Numbered from the stretch's first letter, positions 9,480 through 19,553 are shown. The stretch is DNA of 64,000 nt from Candidatus Poribacteria bacterium (GCA_965242965.1 OZ251518.1:4896001-4960000), one strand, 5' to 3'. The notes: a model not told the origin generated them from the sequence alone. Numbers and translations: made by a program.

Positions 9480-10889
9480 CTATCCCAATGCGGTTTTAAG
9501 CTGTTCCACGGCTTCTATCGCGTCCTCAAGTTCTTTTTTCGGGATGTTTGCGATAGTTGCATGGCTAAGTGGGTTTAGGAGATGTCTCCGATACAGTTCA
9601 AGTTCGGTGATGAGTGGTGCATCTAAATGGGAAGTGCCATCCTGCGGATGGGCTATCGGTTCCCAGAAATCCTGACTGGCCAATTTATTCGGTTCGCTGC
9701 GATACCTAACCGGAAGACGCTTTTCATTGCAGAATTTCTTGATTACCTCCTCAAAAGCGGAGCGCAGGTAGATGGCACACGCTTTGTGGTCGTTGGCAGT
9801 AAGAAATTCCCGCGCTTTGTCGAGATACGCTTTACCTTCCACATAGACAGGGATTTCGGCTTCATCGGATTTCGAGAAATAGAATTCGGCGTATTTCCAT
9901 TCTTTCTCGGATGTCCGTTGCTTGACTACCTCATACCACACCTTATCGTAAGTGGTCAGAAAAATTTGGTGATTTGGGAAGTCTGTCGCCAGAATGTCAA
10001 GCACTGGCAGGCGATTCGACATATCCAACCCGATAAGCACGTCATCTAGCGCGAGCACTTTTAAGTCGCTTTCTGGCTGAAGCAGGAGCGCGGCGAAATA
10101 GATGGCGAGGGAAATCGCCGACAACTTCGCTTCATTGAGGAAGCGGTGGTGTGCTGAGATTTGCTTATCCAAGAATTCAACCGTTAAGAGGATGCGCTGG
10201 TTATCCAGCGTCTTGGTTTCGCGGTTGTAAGTGATATCTTCACACGTGAGGTTGAGGGTGACATCGTATCTGAATTTGCGGAGGATTTCGGCTGCGAGTG
10301 TTTGCAGTTCTGCTATCTTACCAGCGAGCCCGGTGTTGAAAGTTTCTATCTGGCCTTCCAACGCTGCAATTTGGCTTGTTGCGTTTCGGCGAGGATACTG
10401 TTCCCGTTGGAGGTTTGTCCATTCCCTACCAAGACTTTCCTTTGTCACGCGGTTGATGGTGTTAGCAAGAAGATTCTCTACCAACAACTTGAAAACATTC
10501 ACATGTTCTGCTTCGCGATGAACATAATGCGTTTCCAAAAGTGCTTTATAGTCAAGGAAGCCTTTGGATTTGGAAGCCTCACTCATCAGCAGATCGTTGG
10601 TTTCCGTAACAGTCCGCGACCATTCGTAGGTGCTCTGCTTTGAGCCCGCATTTGCCCGGAGGTGGAGTTTGATGTATCCATCATCTTCAAGGAAGATGTT
10701 CTGATGTGCTGCAAATCGGTGTTTGCCCTCACTAGATTCTAGGAACAACTTCAATGCCAGATACAGTGACGATTTGCCGCTGCCATTTTCGCCGTAAACG
10801 AGCAAGTTTTTTCCAGCCTTATGTAGGTTGATGTGATAGTCCCCATAAAAGGCTCTGAAGTTCCTGAGTTCAATGCCGGTAATTCTCAT
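9480..10889 (-). CDS. ABC/SMC-type ATPase with probable C-terminal HEPN domain (RloC/AAA_13-like)
   Basis: Walker A GENGSGKS, short coiled coil, Walker B LALDD, C-terminal RRHLLNPLSH; start overlaps the upstream stop (ATGA). Confidence 0.8.
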   Translation of the reverse strand: MRITGIELRNFRAFYGDYHINLHKAGKNLLVYGENGSGKSSLYLALKLFLESSEGKHRFAAHQNIFLEDDGYIKLHLRANAGSKQSTYEWSRTVTETNDLLMSEASKSKGFLDYKALLETHYVHREAEHVNVFKLLVENLLANTINRVTKESLGREWTNLQREQYPRRNATSQIAALEGQIETFNTGLAGKIAELQTLAAEILRKFRYDVTLNLTCEDITYNRETKTLDNQRILLTVEFLDKQISAHHRFLNEAKLSAISLAIYFAALLLQPESDLKVLALDDVLIGLDMSNRLPVLDILATDFPNHQIFLTTYDKVWYEVVKQRTSEKEWKYAEFYFSKSDEAEIPVYVEGKAYLDKAREFLTANDHKACAIYLRSAFEEVIKKFCNEKRLPVRYRSEPNKLASQDFWEPIAHPQDGTSHLDAPLITELELYRRHLLNPLSHATIANIPKKELEDAIEAVEQLKTALG

Positions 10890-12826
10890 AGTTTTTTGCC
10901 CTCAATGATACGGATGGGCTCTAAACTATCCAAGAAGAAACTGTTCCTCCGGATTGGATGATGCCTTTCTGAAAGATGCTCAAAGATTTCGCGGAAAGCA
11001 GGCACCTTATCATCGCCCGGAATCTCTTCAAGATCTGGAAGACGCTCTTCAAACAGAGGTTGAAAGAAGTGCTTATCTCCCTGATGGAGTTCATCGGGCA
11101 GATAGAGCTCATAAACCAGCCCATCAAGGATATGTCCGAAATACGCTACCATCACGTAGTCGCGGGCGTTCGCCAGATCAGAACCGTCTGTCGTCGGCTG
11201 CTTCTTAAGATAGAGGACGTATTCAACCAACTTGTGGAGGAGTGCCTTTTGCGCGGCATCCATATCAGGAATCGGAATTTGCGCGATGGACCGGGGAGAA
11301 AATGTTAAAAATGAGTCCTTCCGTGTCTGCGGTGTCGTGCGCGCGTGAAACCAGGAAACAGCTTTCGTGTTCAGCACACCGAAGAGCCACAGTTCCTGTG
11401 TTGGAAGAACATACGCGGGGCTGCCCACATAGTAGCCTTCGTCGTCAAAATCAAACGCCGTTTCGGTCGAGAAATTCGGATAGAGACCTTTCGGTTGTTC
11501 AAACCGCGATGCATCCTTGGGCGCGGTTTGGAGTTCATACCATTCCTGCCGCCCGGCCCTTTTGCACAATGCCTCTCTATATTTCGCCAAGTGCTTCTTG
11601 ATTGCCGGATACGCGTTAATCTCCGTTCCGCGTGAGGTAAAGATGAGCCACTTGTCCTCCGGTTTCACTCGCCAGCGTTTGAGTTCCTGCACGCCCAGAA
11701 ACGGCTTCAGAATCTCAACCGACGCGGGATGTGCTGCAATCAGCGCATCCCGGGTTGCCGCGTCTACGACAAAGGCTTCGTTCAATCCTGTCGTAATGCC
11801 ACGAGAGGAACGACCCTGGAGATATTCACCTAAAGGGTTGCCTGCACTACGGAACTTCTCTAGTAGTTGCCATACCACAGGAGTGTTCCGCGATTCGCCA
11901 TCGGCAGTCAAAACTTTCTGCGTCGTTGTGAAATTGTTTACCGGGTATTGCATCAACATTGCAACAATGTCTTTCGGCACCTTGAAACCGTTCCTCTTCT
12001 CAAACATTGAAACGCTTCTATAGGTGTTATGAAAAGCGGCGGTAATATCCATGCCCAAACTCTTGGCGGCTGTCAAGTCTGTTCTGGCTTTATCCCACTC
12101 CTGCAGGCTTAACCAGGCCTCACCACGATTGTAAAAGGCAGGGGCAAACTCCGGTTTTAGTTTTATCGCCATCGTCCAGTCTTCAATAGCGCGCGGCGAA
12201 ACTTCTGTCTTCACGTGGGCCATACCACGATTGTAATAGGCCTCGGCATACCACGGTTTGAGATGAATTGCATCAGAGTAGGCTTCAACCGCCTCGTTCA
12301 ATTGCCCGAATGTCATCAGAACATTGCCGCGTTGTAACGCTGATTCGGCGTGTAATTCTTTTTCGGACATCTCGGATAGCGGATTCGCCCGAGATTGCAT
12401 TCCGGTAACCGTGCTTAGGAGGTGTTCCACTACATTTTGCCACCCACGACTTTCAGGTTTCCACGCGCGAACCGGTTTGCCTTTGTCAGGGAGAACAGGG
12501 AAGTCACTGAGGGGATGATGGATCCAGTCACATTCTTCAAGGATAATAGGAATGACGCGCAGATTCGCTTTTAATGCCGCCGCCAACTCCTTGTTGCAAC
12601 TTTCCGAAGCAAGACTAGCAGGGGAGGTGAGGTAGAGCAAAATGTCCGACCCAGCGAGATTACCGAAAACAACGTCGCGCCAGGTGTTACCCGGGACGGT
12701 TTCAGTATCGTGCCAGACGCTTATCAAGCCCTCACGCTGTAGGCTAGCGAGGTGCGTTATCAATTCGTCCTTCGCCTCTGTATCCTTATGCGAGTAGGTA
12801 ATGAAGACATTTACCGGTTTGCTCAC
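10886..12826 (-). CDS. TIR domain + TPR repeats + TaqI-C/Eco57I-like DNA target-recognition domain
   Basis: VFITYSHKD...SESCNKEL (TIR); AYYNRG and AFYNRG TPRs; RGITTGLNEAF, WYELQ and GVLNT plus an IIEGK tail typical of type IIG R-M C-termini. No MTase motifs seen. Confidence 0.85.
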   Translation of the reverse strand: MSKPVNVFITYSHKDTEAKDELITHLASLQREGLISVWHDTETVPGNTWRDVVFGNLAGSDILLYLTSPASLASESCNKELAAALKANLRVIPIILEECDWIHHPLSDFPVLPDKGKPVRAWKPESRGWQNVVEHLLSTVTGMQSRANPLSEMSEKELHAESALQRGNVLMTFGQLNEAVEAYSDAIHLKPWYAEAYYNRGMAHVKTEVSPRAIEDWTMAIKLKPEFAPAFYNRGEAWLSLQEWDKARTDLTAAKSLGMDITAAFHNTYRSVSMFEKRNGFKVPKDIVAMLMQYPVNNFTTTQKVLTADGESRNTPVVWQLLEKFRSAGNPLGEYLQGRSSRGITTGLNEAFVVDAATRDALIAAHPASVEILKPFLGVQELKRWRVKPEDKWLIFTSRGTEINAYPAIKKHLAKYREALCKRAGRQEWYELQTAPKDASRFEQPKGLYPNFSTETAFDFDDEGYYVGSPAYVLPTQELWLFGVLNTKAVSWFHARTTPQTRKDSFLTFSPRSIAQIPIPDMDAAQKALLHKLVEYVLYLKKQPTTDGSDLANARDYVMVAYFGHILDGLVYELYLPDELHQGDKHFFQPLFEERLPDLEEIPGDDKVPAFREIFEHLSERHHPIRRNSFFLDSLEPIRIIEGKKL

Positions 12827-12866
12827 GACTTTTCCTCCGTTTGAGTGCTAATTTCGCTTTGGAGAC

Positions 12867-12895
12867 ATAATAACCTATTCGCGCATAAATGGCAA
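12867..12895 (-). promoter_or_regulatory. sigma70-type promoter of the TIR gene
   Basis: TTGCCA-17 nt-TATTAT on the minus strand. Confidence 0.55.
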
Positions 12896-12926
12896 CAAAA
12901 ATTCACGAAGGCGATAAACATTCGGA

Positions 12927-13724
12927 TTAAACTGCAGCAACCTGATACATCTCCCGCATCACTCTCAGGATGTCGCGTGGTTCACCGAGTTCATCAGTGA
13001 GATAGCGTTTTTCCGCCTGCGTTCTGATGTCTTCGGGAATGCCGTGCAGTGCCTCGGCGATGGGGCCTGCAATAGCGGCAAGCGTATCCGAATCTCCACC
13101 GAGAGAAACGGCATTACGCACCGCATCCTCAAAACTCACGGCTTCCAACGCGCACGTAATTGCTGGCGGGACCGAGCCCTGGCACGTCACGTCAAACTTG
13201 TACCAAGGTCTAATTTCGTCCACCGTCTGGGACAAGTCGTAGTTATATGTGGAGGTGATAGCCTCGCGGATGCTATTGACATTTTCGCCCTGATAGGCGA
13301 GCCAAATCGCATGAGTCGTCGCTCGCGCGCCTTTCATGCCTTCCCGGTGATTGTGCGTGATGGCCGTCACTTTGTCAGAAGCGGCAAGTGCAGCGTCCAG
13401 ATCATCGCGGTTGAGGAACGCCGCCGGTGAAACGCGCATGGCAGCACCGTTTCCGAAACTGTCATAAGGTTCGGGCACATCACGGTAAATCCACTCTCCA
13501 AACATGCCGCCGTAGCCGCCCCGCGGATAACGGCGACACCACTCCTGCATCGTCACCGCGGGCGGGAGGCCGTGGAGCAGAGTATCCGCCACCGCCGCCG
13601 TGCAAATCGAGTCGTCCGTAAAACGGCAGTATGTGCCGAAGAAAGGGAAATCCTTGGTTTTGATTTGATACTTGCGCCTCTCATACATTGAGCCGACAAT
13701 GTCGCCGATAATCGCGCCTATCAT
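12927..13724 (-). CDS. ADP-ribosylglycohydrolase (DraG/ARH family)
   Basis: GAIIGDIVGS, FTDDS, SFGNGAAMR, GGDSDT metal-binding motifs. Confidence 0.92.
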   Translation of the reverse strand: MIGAIIGDIVGSMYERRKYQIKTKDFPFFGTYCRFTDDSICTAAVADTLLHGLPPAVTMQEWCRRYPRGGYGGMFGEWIYRDVPEPYDSFGNGAAMRVSPAAFLNRDDLDAALAASDKVTAITHNHREGMKGARATTHAIWLAYQGENVNSIREAITSTYNYDLSQTVDEIRPWYKFDVTCQGSVPPAITCALEAVSFEDAVRNAVSLGGDSDTLAAIAGPIAEALHGIPEDIRTQAEKRYLTDELGEPRDILRVMREMYQVAAV

Positions 13725-13820
13725 GTTTCCTCCTTAAAGACAAAAAACGTTTGGGATTTCGTAAACGCGGTTTGCATCCGCGCATCCGCGTCTACGGGGT
13801 TCCTCCTGCACAAGTCAGGA

Positions 13821-15512
13821 TTAGCCCTCGGGGTAAACCCAGATCTTGAGTGCCTTCTCGGCGAGCTCTTTCGCTCGTTCTCGGATGGCCTCTTCATCCC
13901 ATTTCTCTGCTTGGGCAAGGCTACGATTCAAGCGCAACGGGCTATCGCGAAATCCGCCTTCCATGTCTTGCTTCTCGCTGAAGGAGCGATTACTCAACTC
14001 CGGGTTATACCCTGTGAGCGTGAGATTGCCGAGAGTGTGGAGATATGTCTCGTGCGTTTCTTGGAAGTTCTCGCCGAGTTCACGCTGCCACTCTTCAGTC
14101 AGCGTTTGCGGCACGACATGCTCAATTGAGTACTCCGAAACGTCTACCGGTTCTTTACGGCCGTAGTTTTCCAATTTGCGCAGCAAATACGCACACCTTC
14201 GAGAATCATAAACGTTTCTAACCATCAATTCCCGTCGGAACTCGGAGTCGTTTGGATAACGTCTACGTTCATTGGTGGACCGCAAAAAGGCAGCCTTCAC
14301 ACTTTGAAGGTAATTGCTTTTGTCAACTTCCTTCATCAGTGCGGCGAAGATCATATGCAAACTGTTCGTTGGAATACCACAGATAGCCTGTCGGAAGACG
14401 TAACTCTCCACTAGCCGAAGAATTTCGATGTGTTCGGCTGTTCCGATCTGGCCTTGAGCATAATCGTCGTAGACTCCAAGCAAGAACGGGATAGGAGAAC
14501 CCCGCAGGCCAAGCTCGATGATATCCTGATAACGGGCTCGGAGTTCTGGTTCTTCTTCTTTCAATAGCACTATGTTAGCATAATGCTGCGAATGACGAGC
14601 GATTTCCGCAACAATGGGCTCCAACGCATCCGGTGCCTCTTTGCCTGCCACGTGCGCTTTGAAAGTTTCATAAATGCTACGGTTGATGAGGCTAATTTGA
14701 CCTGTTTTTAACCTCAGGTAGTATTGTATGAACCAGTCAAATTCCCTGCTGTCAGATGCTTCCTTGCTGTCAGATGCACCGACAAAACGTTGCTCCATAG
14801 GAAACCAATATTCCTCATAAAGCCGCTTCTGGAACTCAATAACTTGTCCCATCAGCACGTAGTTGCGAATGCGATCGCTTTGCGAGAGGACGAGTCCCGC
14901 CGTATTGAGACTATCAAAAATCAGTTGCGGATTATCGTGGTTCGGGTCCAACGCGATATCAACAACCATTAACTTTTTAATGCCGGTGAATACCACACCC
15001 AGATCTACCCTTCTAAGCTTGGCTTCAAAAAAGGCGTAGTTTTCCACCAAGCGATGTGAAGCATCCGCGGGTTCTTTACGCTCCAACAACTGGAACAGCG
15101 TCTCCTTGTCATGACGCGTCAACAGTTGTTTGTAGCGCAGTTCGCCCTCTTCGTCGGCATTAAAAAGATAATAATTTGAGAGTTGTTTGGGACTTATGCC
15201 AATCTCACTCCCCGTTTCTACAATTGCTTCACCGAGAGCCAGAAGCAAAAGAGATAGGGTAGTTAACCGTTGTTGTCCATCAATAACCAGAAATTCTGGC
15301 ACCGTGGAAATGTTCCCAACCCCCGGTTGCATGTAGACGATTGAACCGAGAAAATGAGACGTAATCCCCGGATTTGCGCCGATGCGCATGATGTCATCCC
15401 AAAGTCGTTGACAATGCTTCTTTTCCCAACTATATCTGCGTTGAAAGATGGGGACAAGAAACTGCTTCGGACCTTGGAGGAATGGCAAAAAACTTGTTTC
15501 GTTTGCTTTCAT
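13821..15512 (-). CDS. GmrSD-family modification-dependent restriction endonuclease (DUF262 + DUF1524 HNH)
   Basis: PIFQRRYSW, IDGQQRLTT, IFDSLN; EHVVPQ...LGNLTL...N..LSN. Confidence 0.9.
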   Translation of the reverse strand: MKANETSFLPFLQGPKQFLVPIFQRRYSWEKKHCQRLWDDIMRIGANPGITSHFLGSIVYMQPGVGNISTVPEFLVIDGQQRLTTLSLLLLALGEAIVETGSEIGISPKQLSNYYLFNADEEGELRYKQLLTRHDKETLFQLLERKEPADASHRLVENYAFFEAKLRRVDLGVVFTGIKKLMVVDIALDPNHDNPQLIFDSLNTAGLVLSQSDRIRNYVLMGQVIEFQKRLYEEYWFPMEQRFVGASDSKEASDSREFDWFIQYYLRLKTGQISLINRSIYETFKAHVAGKEAPDALEPIVAEIARHSQHYANIVLLKEEEPELRARYQDIIELGLRGSPIPFLLGVYDDYAQGQIGTAEHIEILRLVESYVFRQAICGIPTNSLHMIFAALMKEVDKSNYLQSVKAAFLRSTNERRRYPNDSEFRRELMVRNVYDSRRCAYLLRKLENYGRKEPVDVSEYSIEHVVPQTLTEEWQRELGENFQETHETYLHTLGNLTLTGYNPELSNRSFSEKQDMEGGFRDSPLRLNRSLAQAEKWDEEAIRERAKELAEKALKIWVYPEG

Positions 15513-15565
15513 AATCCTCCCTCTATTGTTAGGATTTAAAGTTGAAATGTTTTCAACCCGTATAT

Positions 15566-15594
15566 ATTATACGATATTTCTTGCCGAAAGTCAA
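15566..15594 (-). promoter_or_regulatory. sigma70-type promoter of the GmrSD gene
   Basis: TTGACT-17 nt-TATAAT on the minus strand. Confidence 0.7.
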
Positions 15595-15629
15595 ATTTAT
15601 TTTCGCGCGAGTTGGGTTTAGGAACAGTC

Positions 15630-15945
15630 GATGCCTGGCGAGGGACAGGCCCTCGCCCTACGGTGAAACGGAGACGGCCTCACCTACCGTAGCGCGGGGG
15701 CCTGTCCCCCGCGAGCGTTCGACCTGCGCGAAAACCGCTCGCTAGCCAAGGCCGTTTCCCCGTTCCGACCGAGGCACGGCGAGGGACAGGCCCTCGCCCT
15801 ACGGTGAAACGGAGACGGCCTCCCCAACCGTAGCGCGGGGGCCTGTCCCCCGCGATCGCCCGACCTGCGCGAAAACCGCTCGCTAGCCAAGGCTGTTTTC
15901 TCGTTCCGACCGAGGCACGGCGAGGGACAGGCCCTCGCCCTACGA
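15630..15945. repeat. Tandem array (about 143-bp unit) of paired REP-like hairpins
   Basis: Alternating inverted GTAGGGCGAGGG... and GTAGCGCGGGGG... hairpins with repeated linkers. Confidence 0.9.
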
Positions 15946-16068
15946 AAAGAGGGGATGGTAATTGGAAGATAAAACGGGAAGAGGGGAGTGGAAAAAATAA
16001 AAAAGCGTTGCATTTTTAGGCAAATTCGGTTAAACTATAGGAAACAGCACAGAACGATGGAGGACATA

Positions 16069-16845
16069 ATGGAATACTTAGCGTACGGGAAAACCGGTTT
16101 GGAAATATCGCGGCTCTGCTTTGGCGCGGGGCATCTCAATCATACCTGCGACGACTACGCATCCGGCGGCGAGCTCATGCTGAAAGCACTTGACGAAGGC
16201 ATCACCTTCTGGGACACCGCAGAAGGGTATGGCACTCAGCCGCACCTCGGTGAGGCAGTGCGGCAGATTCGCCGGGAAGAAGTTGTCATCCAAACGAAGA
16301 CAGGCGCGAAAGATTACGACGGTGCCGCCCAAAGCATCGCGCGTGCCCTTCGCGAACTGAAAACCGAGTATCTGGATGTCTTGCTGTTGCATGGCATCGC
16401 TACGCCGGCGGATTTGGCATCGCGAGAAGGCGCGCTGGACGCGTTCCGCGACGCAAAAGCGGCTGGCAAAGTCCGTTTCATCGGGTGCTCTACGCATATT
16501 TACACCGGCTCCGTCATGGATGCAGTCATCGCGCATCCGGAGATTGATGTCATCCTCACCACGGCGAATAAAGAGGGACGGATGCTAGAAGGCGGTCCGT
16601 TTGAAAAGCATCTGGAATACATCCAGCGTGCCTACGACGCGGGTAAGGGGATTAGCATTATGAAGGTTATCGTCGCGGGAGATATTCCGGAAGAAGACAT
16701 GCCTGCGTGGATTGAGTGGGGTTTCAACCTTGAGACAGCGCATGCGATTAACCTCGGCATAACCGATTACCCACATATCACGTTGGATGTTGGGCTCGCC
16801 CGCGCGAGTGCGAGGCGGCGTTTGACGCAGCGCAAGGCGGCATAG
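16069..16845 (+). CDS. Aldo/keto reductase
   Basis: GKTGLEISRLCFG, FWDTAEGYG, IQTK, LDVLLLHG; GGAGG RBS. Confidence 0.9.
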   Translation: MEYLAYGKTGLEISRLCFGAGHLNHTCDDYASGGELMLKALDEGITFWDTAEGYGTQPHLGEAVRQIRREEVVIQTKTGAKDYDGAAQSIARALRELKTEYLDVLLLHGIATPADLASREGALDAFRDAKAAGKVRFIGCSTHIYTGSVMDAVIAHPEIDVILTTANKEGRMLEGGPFEKHLEYIQRAYDAGKGISIMKVIVAGDIPEEDMPAWIEWGFNLETAHAINLGITDYPHITLDVGLARASARRRLTQRKAA

Positions 16846-16861
16846 AGGAGGTTCGGGAAAC

Positions 16862-17923
16862 ATGCGCGCAATTATGTGCCGCGAACCGTGGGACTATCGT
16901 CTTGAAGAAGTCCCTACGCCGCAGGCGGGCCCCGGCGAAGTCGTGGTAAAGGTAAACGCCTGCGGCGTTTGCGCCAGCGATATCAAATGTTGGACAGGCG
17001 CGCCGCTTTTCTGGGGCGACGAACATCGGGCACCTTACGTGGAGGCACCCGTTATCGCCGGGCACGAGTTTATCGGTGAAGTCGTTGAACTTGGCGAAGG
17101 CGCGGGCGAAAAGCATAGCATCCGTATTGGCGACACTGCCATCGCGGAGCAAATTGTCCCGTGTTGGGAGTGCCGCTACTGCCGCACCGGGAAGTATTGG
17201 CTGTGCCAGGTCCACAATATTTTCGGCTTTCAACCGGTTGTCAACGGCGGGATGGCGGACTATATGAAGTTTCCCGCGCGTGCTATTGTCCACAAAGTGC
17301 CTTCAGATATGCCGATAGCACACGCGGCGATGATCGAGCCGCTCGCCTGCTCTATCCACGCCGTGCAGCGCGGGGAGATTGAGTTCGGCGATGTCGTCGT
17401 CATCGCTGGGGCCGGCACACTCGGCCTCGGTATGATAGGCGCGGCGAAGTTGAAAAACCCAGGCTTACTCATCGCCATTGATTTGATGCCGAATCGGTTA
17501 GACATCGCCAGAAAGTTGGGCGCAGATTTGACTATCAATCCGACAGAAACGGATGCCGTCCAGCAAGTCTTGGATTTGACAGAAGGCTACGGCTGCGATG
17601 TCTACATTGAGGCGACAGGGCATCCGCAGGCGGTGGAACAAGGGCTCCGCATGATTCGGAAGGCTGGCACTTTCGTAGAATTCAGCGTCATGCGCGAGCC
17701 GGTGACGGTAGACTGGACTATCATCGGCGATACGAAGGAACTGAACATCCACGGGGCGCACCTCGGTCCTTACGCTTATCCGCTTGCGATTGACTACATC
17801 TACCGTGGGGCAATTGATGTGAGTCTTATCGTGACGCATCAATTGCCGTTGGAGGAATACCTCACGGCGTTTGAGATGGTTCGGGAAGGCGCGGATTCGA
17901 TTAAGGTGCAGTTGGTGCCGTAG
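16862..17923 (+). CDS. Zn-dependent MDR alcohol dehydrogenase, erythritol/L-threitol dehydrogenase (EltD)-like
   Basis: CGVCASD, FWGDE insert, GHEF, structural-Zn C-x2-C-x2-C-x7-C, GAGTLG. Confidence 0.85.
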   Translation: MRAIMCREPWDYRLEEVPTPQAGPGEVVVKVNACGVCASDIKCWTGAPLFWGDEHRAPYVEAPVIAGHEFIGEVVELGEGAGEKHSIRIGDTAIAEQIVPCWECRYCRTGKYWLCQVHNIFGFQPVVNGGMADYMKFPARAIVHKVPSDMPIAHAAMIEPLACSIHAVQRGEIEFGDVVVIAGAGTLGLGMIGAAKLKNPGLLIAIDLMPNRLDIARKLGADLTINPTETDAVQQVLDLTEGYGCDVYIEATGHPQAVEQGLRMIRKAGTFVEFSVMREPVTVDWTIIGDTKELNIHGAHLGPYAYPLAIDYIYRGAIDVSLIVTHQLPLEEYLTAFEMVREGADSIKVQLVP

Positions 17924-18115
17924 CAGGATTTTGAGCAGGATTAGGAGCAGGATTTACAAGATTATCACGATTTACCAAGATTAGGGCTCTGATGCACCGG
18001 CACCGTTTTGGCCTGCCACGAGGTATTCGACCTATCAGAATCTATAATCTTGCTAATCTTGCTCAATCTTGAAAATCCTGCTCCTAATCGTGCTAATCTT
18101 GTAAATCCTGCTCTT
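17924..18115. repeat. Inverted pair of AATCTTGTAAATCCTGCTC ladder repeats
   Basis: GAGCAGGATTTACAAGATT on the left and AATCTTGTAAATCCTGCTC on the right, flanking a core of about 60 bp. Confidence 0.75.
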
Positions 18116-18120
18116 TTTTC

Positions 18121-18210
18121 TTGACAAAAATCGTAAAAAATGATAAATTAACGCAACAATGCAATTTTTTTCACAAAAAATTTGACATCCAAACATTTTT
18201 GTGGTATAAT
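18121..18210 (+). promoter_or_regulatory. Tandem sigma70 promoters
   Basis: TTGACA(18121)-17-TAAATT and a perfect TTGACA(18182)-17-TATAAT(18205) with extended -10 TG. Confidence 0.8.
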
Positions 18211-18794
18211 TAATGAAAAGTGGTGATGCGCGCGGAAAAACGCGCCACCACGAAACTGATAATCTGCAAACTTTGCTGAACAAGGAACGATACCGTGAAC
18301 CAGCGAATTGTTTTTTCCATTGCTAACGAGGTCACCGTAGACCTGCTTGGGCACCGAGAGATGCGCGCTTGCCGTGCGTCTATGCCCGTTGTCGCGCTGT
18401 CACGACGCGTTCCCGTTCGGCTTAATGCCCAGAGGGGAGGCTCGCCCCCCCCCGACACCCACAGGCGTTAAGCAAATTTTATTCGCTTGACAGCGGCGAC
18501 GTTCGTCGTCATGTTGTCTTTGACCTCGCACGCATTCTTTGCGTGGCGGGTTATTTTCGTTGCATCGGGAATTCCTTCCTGGTGCATGTTTCCCTATCTG
18601 TTGTTATCTCCCCAGTTTGTCCTATTTCGCTTTTGCGCGCCGTTTTCGCGGCGCAATTGCTGTTGTCTCCTATTTGCAGCGAGGGCGAACAGGGGAATGC
18701 CATTCTGCAAGCACGGTACGTTTACGAAGGCGTGCCGAGAAATCATCTCAACAGGCGCGGGGTTTGCCCTCGCATCTGAGAAGGAAATTGGAAA

Positions 18795-19445
18795 ATGCGT
18801 CAGGTTCTATTAAAAATCATTGTGTTGTTGGGAGTGATCTTCTGCTTGAGTTTGTTCCATCGTGGAACATTCGCCGAGGAGAAAACCGCGCCAGCACCAG
18901 AGGATACAGCACTATCTGGCATTAAGTTCATAGGGGGTGCCTTCGTCAGTAATGTGCGCGATGAATTCTATTTCTCCAAGGAGGGTAAAGTGACGCGCGG
19001 GGCTCCAAATCACTATCCTATTTCGCTTGGATTCTTAGCTCATGTGCCTATTTCACTGCGGGTCCCCTTCAGTGAACCGAAAGGCACGTTCGCCTTGAGT
19101 GGCGGATTTGCCGGGGATTTTTCCACCCGAAACGGGCAGATATCGGCGGCCGGGCAGGTAGCCCTCGGACTGAGTCTCCTTTTTGGTTCCGACGAGCATC
19201 TGTTCGCCATCACTGGAGGATACACCGTTAGACCTGTGGCGCGGCTGAGCGGTTACAAGGTAGGCGACCCCTTTCCGGATCCGGGCTCATCACTGACTCG
19301 ATCTGTCTATAGGCACGGTTTTTTCTTGGCAGTGACATCCAGTTTTGACTTCCAAAATCCGTTCGGATCAAATGAGAAGAAGGAACCCCAACAAGAAACC
19401 GGTACCCAGTCGGGAGACAAATCCAAACCGGATGGCGAATCTTAA
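18795..19445 (+). CDS. Exported protein, probable outer-membrane beta-barrel
   Basis: Signal peptide, alternating amphipathic Gly/aromatic strands, low-complexity tail; AAGGA RBS. Confidence 0.7.
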   Translation: MRQVLLKIIVLLGVIFCLSLFHRGTFAEEKTAPAPEDTALSGIKFIGGAFVSNVRDEFYFSKEGKVTRGAPNHYPISLGFLAHVPISLRVPFSEPKGTFALSGGFAGDFSTRNGQISAAGQVALGLSLLFGSDEHLFAITGGYTVRPVARLSGYKVGDPFPDPGSSLTRSVYRHGFFLAVTSSFDFQNPFGSNEKKEPQQETGTQSGDKSKPDGES

Positions 19446-19553
19446 CCGGAAGATGTTGTCCTAAAGTAACGAAGAAAGGTTTAGTTCAGCAAGGTTGAGA
19501 TAAGCCGAATCCTTCGCGTATCTACAGCACCAAACGGTGCAGGAGGTAAGTCA

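Noticed and set aside
18400-18465. GAGGGGAGG...CCCCCCCCCGACACCCAC resembling a group II intron 3' end
   Set aside because: No domain V (AGC/CGC triad hairpin) upstream and no reverse transcriptase.
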